NCBI GenBank assembly: GCA_964503695.1 | Contig: CAZDAT010000001.1 | Span: 1-30,210 of the forward strand | Source: an uncultured Lachnospiraceae bacterium | GTDB lineage: Bacteria > Bacillota > Clostridia > Lachnospirales > Lachnospiraceae | Direction: 5' to 3' | Length of the DNA: 30,210 bases | Part shown: positions 25,990 to 30,210 of the stretch, in pieces | How positions within the stretch are numbered: position 1 is the first letter of the stretch | Layout: each line of letters begins with the position of its first letter | Notes under the pieces: generated by a model | The model's input: the letters and a program-made list of their open reading frames with translations, nothing else | Told to the model about the DNA's origin: nothing | Database searches by the model: none | Position numbers and translations under genes: made by a program

Positions 25990-26820
25990 TCAAATCTCAA
26001 TTTCCATCCCATCATAAGAAATCATAATTTTGTCATTTTTCATATATTCTACAGCATACGCATAGCCTGCATGACCATTATGCGAAAAATGATTTGCCAC
26101 AAATATGGTATTTTCATCTGCTATATTTTTCTCTAACATTTTTTCCTTAAGCTTTAGGTTCTTTTCAAAATTCATATGCCCGGTATACTGCATTTTTTCA
26201 ACTCCTGAAGTGCAATCCATCGATACCAGTTGAAAATGCATCTGATTTTTTTCCAGATAATCCCAGATTTCTTCTGTAAAAAAATCAGTATCATGAGCAT
26301 AAAGAATTGTCTTGTTTTCTTTTTCTATACTGTAAAAGAGCGGATTTTTGGTTCCATGTACCGCCGGAAATGCCGTAACCTTATACTTTCCAAGTGTTAC
26401 AGGATGATAAGGCTCTATCGTATTAATCTGTACCTCCTTATTATCTCCAATGCTGTTTTCTCCCAGTTCCATTACCATTTTTTTCACATCTTCACTGCCA
26501 TATACATAAAGCGGCTCTGTTCCTTCTTTTAATACTGCATATCCGGCAGTTCTATAGATAAACTGGTCCGGCAAAAGGTGGTCTTCATGTATATGTGTAA
26601 TCAGACAATACTTTAAATCTGTAATGTCCAGCTGATAGGTCAGAGTATGAAAATAAGTATCCGGTCCGAAATCTATCATAATCTCATTATCTATCATTGC
26701 CTGACACCTTGTCCGTATCTCTTTCTTTCCATGTATTCTTGCAAACCTGCAAGTATCACAATGACAAAATAGTGCCGGAATCCCTTCTGCGGCTGCAGTT
26801 CCCAAATATTTAATTTTCAC
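25990..26820 (-). CDS. Metallo-beta-lactamase-fold hydrolase, PhnP-like phosphodiesterase
   Basis: LGTAAAEGIPALFCHCDTC (CxCxxC), THIHEDH (HxHxDH), AVHG, NHFSH. GTG start with GGAGGAG RBS. Confidence 0.85.
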   Translation of the reverse strand: MKIKYLGTAAAEGIPALFCHCDTCRFARIHGKKEIRTRCQAMIDNEIMIDFGPDTYFHTLTYQLDITDLKYCLITHIHEDHLLPDQFIYRTAGYAVLKEGTEPLYVYGSEDVKKMVMELGENSIGDNKEVQINTIEPYHPVTLGKYKVTAFPAVHGTKNPLFYSIEKENKTILYAHDTDFFTEEIWDYLEKNQMHFQLVSMDCTSGVEKMQYTGHMNFEKNLKLKEKMLEKNIADENTIFVANHFSHNGHAGYAYAVEYMKNDKIMISYDGMEIEI

Positions 26821-28036
26821 TTTTTTGCTCCTCCTTTTTACTTCTTTCTATCTGCCAGAAAGCGGCACTGACACCAACTCCCATTAAAATTACCCATATA
26901 AGAATCAGATTTTTCCACCCTGTCCCGGCTACTGTATTTCCCAAAATAATATTAAACACTGATGCTGCCATGTAGCTTACAAAATCCAGATATCCTGTTG
27001 CAGTAGAAACCATTCCCGTATCTTTAAGACTTGGACAATATACAATCCATATTATGGAAGATACGCAATTTGAAGCCATTACTGCAAAAGTAATACATAT
27101 AACATTCCCCAACGGCTGCCTGACAAAATACAAGAGTAAAAATGCCAGCATTGCCGACAGGAAAAAAACAAAGATTGTTCTTTCCATATTCCGCTGCAAA
27201 TAATCAAAAAGCCATACCGCCACAAAAGCTGACATAGAAATACAGATTGTGGACATAGAAAACAAAAAAGAAGAACTCTCTGAAGAAAATCCAAGATATT
27301 GTGAAAAATAAGCAGGCATCCAAAATACCACTGCACTTCTCACAACTCCGGTCAGACCGGTAACTAATGTAAAAAAAAGTATTTTTCGCTTTAAAAGATT
27401 GTAAATGCGGTGCTTTTTTTCCTTCTTTTTCTCTTCTTTTAGTTTCACCCCTTCTTCTTTACCGCCCCATTCAGACATAAAGAAATAGAAAATTATTCCC
27501 ATGAAAATCAGCCAGAAACCGACAATTCCAAAAGAAAGTTTCCAACCACAGATTGCTCCGATTAGTCCGGCTGCCGGTCCTCCAAACAAAGCAAAAACCT
27601 CCAATGCCAGATTACATTTCTGTGCATACACCACACTGGTATTTTCTGCAATACACCTTACCATGGGAGCATACACCATAGACAAGGCAAAGCCCATAAT
27701 ACCATAAATAAGCATTGCCGCAGTCTGATATCCGATAAAAAAGACCATGAAAAGCTTTGCCATTCCGGCTAAAATAAGCCCAGAAGCAACCATATATCTT
27801 TCTTTCATTCGGTCTCCCAGCATTCCGTTAATCAGTTGTCCGACCGCATAAACTATAAAAAAGACAGAAGATAACGCACTAATCTTTTCATTCGTGCTTT
27901 CTCCATTTTCTATCAGTTTAGGAAGGGAAACACTTAAAATATTTTTTGCTATATAAACTGCCAGATATGCGGCTGAACATAAACCGCCTATAAATACAGC
28001 TCTTTTTAAAGCATATTTTTCTTCATTTTCTTTCAT
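26810..28036 (-). CDS. MFS transporter resembling the OPA (GlpT/UhpT) family
   Basis: About 12 TM segments; YAVGQLINGMLGDR; STATGYLDFVSY. Start revised to ATG 28036. The OPA assignment is tentative. Confidence 0.8.
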   Translation of the reverse strand: MKENEEKYALKRAVFIGGLCSAAYLAVYIAKNILSVSLPKLIENGESTNEKISALSSVFFIVYAVGQLINGMLGDRMKERYMVASGLILAGMAKLFMVFFIGYQTAAMLIYGIMGFALSMVYAPMVRCIAENTSVVYAQKCNLALEVFALFGGPAAGLIGAICGWKLSFGIVGFWLIFMGIIFYFFMSEWGGKEEGVKLKEEKKKEKKHRIYNLLKRKILFFTLVTGLTGVVRSAVVFWMPAYFSQYLGFSSESSSFLFSMSTICISMSAFVAVWLFDYLQRNMERTIFVFFLSAMLAFLLLYFVRQPLGNVICITFAVMASNCVSSIIWIVYCPSLKDTGMVSTATGYLDFVSYMAASVFNIILGNTVAGTGWKNLILIWVILMGVGVSAAFWQIERSKKEEQKSEN

Positions 28037-28094
28037 ATTTATCTCACATTTTCTTTCGTAGCTTTTTACATGATTTAGTATCATGCAGGGTTTG

Positions 28095-29495
28095 TTATAT
28101 TTTTTCGATACTTTTTAGCCATCTCTCTGTTTTGAATCTATGATAAAAAATAATGCTCCGAATCAGCCATTCTATTCCTACACTTATCCAAATGCCTTCC
28201 ACACCCAGGTTCGTTTTCATCGTAAGGAAATATCCAAGTCCGACCCGTACAACCCACATAGTAAGTAAGGAAACAAAAGAGGTAAACCGCACATCTCCGG
28301 CTGCATTTAACACACTCGGCAATACGTTGGATGTAACCCATAAAAAAACAATCGGAATACAGGTAATTACAAACAATCGGTAAATTATCGCCATAGTATC
28401 CTGCGGTGCCTGATATAATTTCAATATAAAATCCAGAAACGGAAGAAATAAACCAAAGGAAATTATAATAACTGCTTCTCCAAGCCAAAGCATTTTTCTT
28501 CCATAATCACGTGCCATTTTTTTATCTCCTGCCCCTATACACTGCCCTACAATGGTTACCACTAAATTTGAAACTGCAATTCCGGCAGCATAAAAAACAG
28601 ATATGGCAGAATTAGTCACTGCATTCGCTGCAACACTGGCGGTTCCCAGTTTTACCAAAAACATGGATACCAGGATTCCTCCGCCATTAAAACAAATTTG
28701 TTCCAGTGCAAACGGCGCACTGATATTCACAATTGACTTTAAAATCTTTTTGTTTAAATGAAATGTATCTCTTCCGCAAATTCGCAGTTTACTTCCTTTT
28801 CCATATAAATAGTACACTACAGCGATACTCCCAATACAGCGTGCCAGATTCAGCGACAGAATGGTTCCCATGATATCCAACTGCATAACATTAATAAATA
28901 CAAAACTGGCAATCAAATGTGTTACATTAATCATTACCGATAGCTGTAAGCATACCTTCATCCTGCCGATTCCCCTGAATACCGCAATGCCTCCCATATA
29001 AACAGACAAAAAAATGAAAGAAACGGCATTCCCAGTAAGATACACAACTGCTTTATCCCTCACTTCTTGTTTAGCATCTGCAAACATCCCCTGAATCACC
29101 GGTTCTGCCATGATAATTAAAAAAGCAGAAAATACAACCGCCGTAAGAAATGTAAATATTACTATCTGTTCTGCTGCCTTTTTCATTTTTTCCTGATTTC
29201 CCTGACCCTTATACTGTGCAATCAATACGGTTCCCGCAGAAGAAATCGCACTATAAACTGAATAAATCATAGTACATAATGGTGAAACAAGACTGACTGC
29301 TGAAACAGATTCCTGACTTGACGAGCTAATCATTGCTGTAGTCAGAAGTCCAATGATACTTACAAAAAACTGGTCAAAAATCAGCGGCACAAGCATGGAA
29401 AAAATCTGTTTATAAGAAAAAAAGCTACTGTTAAACCAATGCTCTAAAATGGCAGTTGCATTCTTTTTTGGCGACATTTTCTTTGGCATGTCCAT
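28095..29495 (-). CDS. MATE family transporter
   Basis: VSAVSLV, VLIAQYKG, LGTASVAANA, VGQCIGAG, LGVEGIW; start may be ATG 29489. Confidence 0.92.
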   Translation of the reverse strand: MDMPKKMSPKKNATAILEHWFNSSFFSYKQIFSMLVPLIFDQFFVSIIGLLTTAMISSSSQESVSAVSLVSPLCTMIYSVYSAISSAGTVLIAQYKGQGNQEKMKKAAEQIVIFTFLTAVVFSAFLIIMAEPVIQGMFADAKQEVRDKAVVYLTGNAVSFIFLSVYMGGIAVFRGIGRMKVCLQLSVMINVTHLIASFVFINVMQLDIMGTILSLNLARCIGSIAVVYYLYGKGSKLRICGRDTFHLNKKILKSIVNISAPFALEQICFNGGGILVSMFLVKLGTASVAANAVTNSAISVFYAAGIAVSNLVVTIVGQCIGAGDKKMARDYGRKMLWLGEAVIIISFGLFLPFLDFILKLYQAPQDTMAIIYRLFVITCIPIVFLWVTSNVLPSVLNAAGDVRFTSFVSLLTMWVVRVGLGYFLTMKTNLGVEGIWISVGIEWLIRSIIFYHRFKTERWLKSIEKI

Positions 29496-29546
29496 TCCCT
29501 CTTCCTTTGTATCCCTGTTCCTTCAAGCTATTTATATACCTAAATG

Positions 29547-29595
29547 ATAGATTTTTAATTATCTATTTTCTACCACGTAATGGATTCTATTACAA
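29547..29595 (-). promoter_or_regulatory. Possible promoter of the MATE operon with a downstream palindrome
   Basis: TTGTAA (29595-29590), N17, TAGAAA (29572-29567) with TG; ATAGAT-N8-ATCTAT at 29547-29566. Confidence 0.4.
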
Positions 29596-29654
29596 GCATC
29601 TTTCCCCAAAACCGGACATTTAGATTCTACTTGCAGTTATCTTCTTTTTTTTAC

Positions 29655-29694
29655 AAAAAAAAGAATGTTCTTGCCAAAAACAAAGAACACTCTT
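29655..29694 (-). terminator. tyrS terminator
   Basis: Minus strand AAGAGTGTTCTT-loop-AAGAACATTCTT followed by a T-run. Confidence 0.75.
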
Positions 29695-29742
29695 TCTATA
29701 TTATTCACCAAAGAATCTAATTTCAAGCTCTAAAAACTTCCA

Positions 29743-30210
29743 TTATTTTACCACTCTTCTAAAGTTTTTCTTACCACGTTTTACAACCAGTCCATCACCT
29801 TCAAAGACAGATGCTTCGTAAATGGTTTTCATATCTGTCACTTTTTCACCTTCTACAGATACGCCGCCCTGTTCTACTGCTCTTCTTGCTTCTGATTTTG
29901 ATGGAACCAGACCGGATTTTACAAGTACAGTTAAAATATCAATCTTGCCTTCCGTAAAATCTTCTTCCGCCAAAGTTGCGGTAGGCATATCTGCGGCTAC
30001 TCCGCTGGCAAATAAAGCCCTTGCACTTTCCTGTGCCTTAACAGCTTCTTCTTCTCCATGCACCAGTTTGGTCAATTCAAAAGCTAAGATTTCTTTTGCC
30101 TGATTCAACTGGCTTCCTTCCCATGCATCCATTTTTTCAATCTCTTCCAAAGGAAGGAAGGTCAGCATACGGATACATTTTAATACATCTGCATCTGCCA
30201 CATTTCTCCA
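29743..30210 (-). CDS. tyrS: Tyrosyl-tRNA synthetase, C-terminal part (begins beyond the right edge)
   Basis: WRNVADADVLKCIRMLTFL, AKEILAFELTKLVHG, S4-like SKSEARRAVEQGGV, KRGKKNF. Confidence 0.96.
   Translation of the reverse strand, partial: WRNVADADVLKCIRMLTFLPLEEIEKMDAWEGSQLNQAKEILAFELTKLVHGEEEAVKAQESARALFASGVAADMPTATLAEEDFTEGKIDILTVLVKSGLVPSKSEARRAVEQGGVSVEGEKVTDMKTIYEASVFEGDGLVVKRGKKNFRRVVK

Noticed and set aside
25990-26820. Phosphonate C-P lyase pathway or beta-lactam resistance
   Set aside because: No phnGHIJKLM genes; CxCxxC plus HxHxDH indicates a PhnP-like phosphodiesterase, not a beta-lactamase.
514-29822. The many + strand ORFs of 60-204 aa in the track
   Set aside because: Nearly all lie antisense to well-supported minus-strand genes, have shadow-like composition and lack RBSs. 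Only the RWEIEECF fragment at ~14843-14914 was kept.
1-30210. tRNA/rRNA genes, riboswitches, T-box, prophage or defence genes
   Set aside because: None recognised. A tyrS T-box would lie beyond the right edge of the window.

Overview
Low-GC Firmicute chromosome segment, Lachnospiraceae-like by gene content and style (inference). Every credible gene is on the minus strand; the + strand ORFs are antisense shadows. In transcription order (right to left): 3' end of tyrS; a ~14.4 kb amino-sugar/glycan utilisation region in two units (MATE, OPA-like MFS, PhnP-like hydrolase, CE2-type esterase, RpiR regulator; then GH20, CUT1 ABC transporter, a glycoside-hydrolase-like/tandem-GNAT fusion and DUF4127); a ~1 kb decayed patch with an IS remnant and a pseudogene; a 1451-aa membrane-anchored glucosaminidase; DUF3048 lipoprotein; spoIVA; xpaC-telA; MtaD-like deaminase; membrane MutS-domain ATPase; rnhA; a 53-aa membrane protein; and the 5' end of nrdD. 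The ORF track missed the last two. The best candidate for an undescribed system is the glycan cluster, especially the hydrolase/GlmA-like acetyltransferase fusion, DUF4127 and the operator-like repeats around its promoter. Family calls come from motif recognition and memory; no searches were run.
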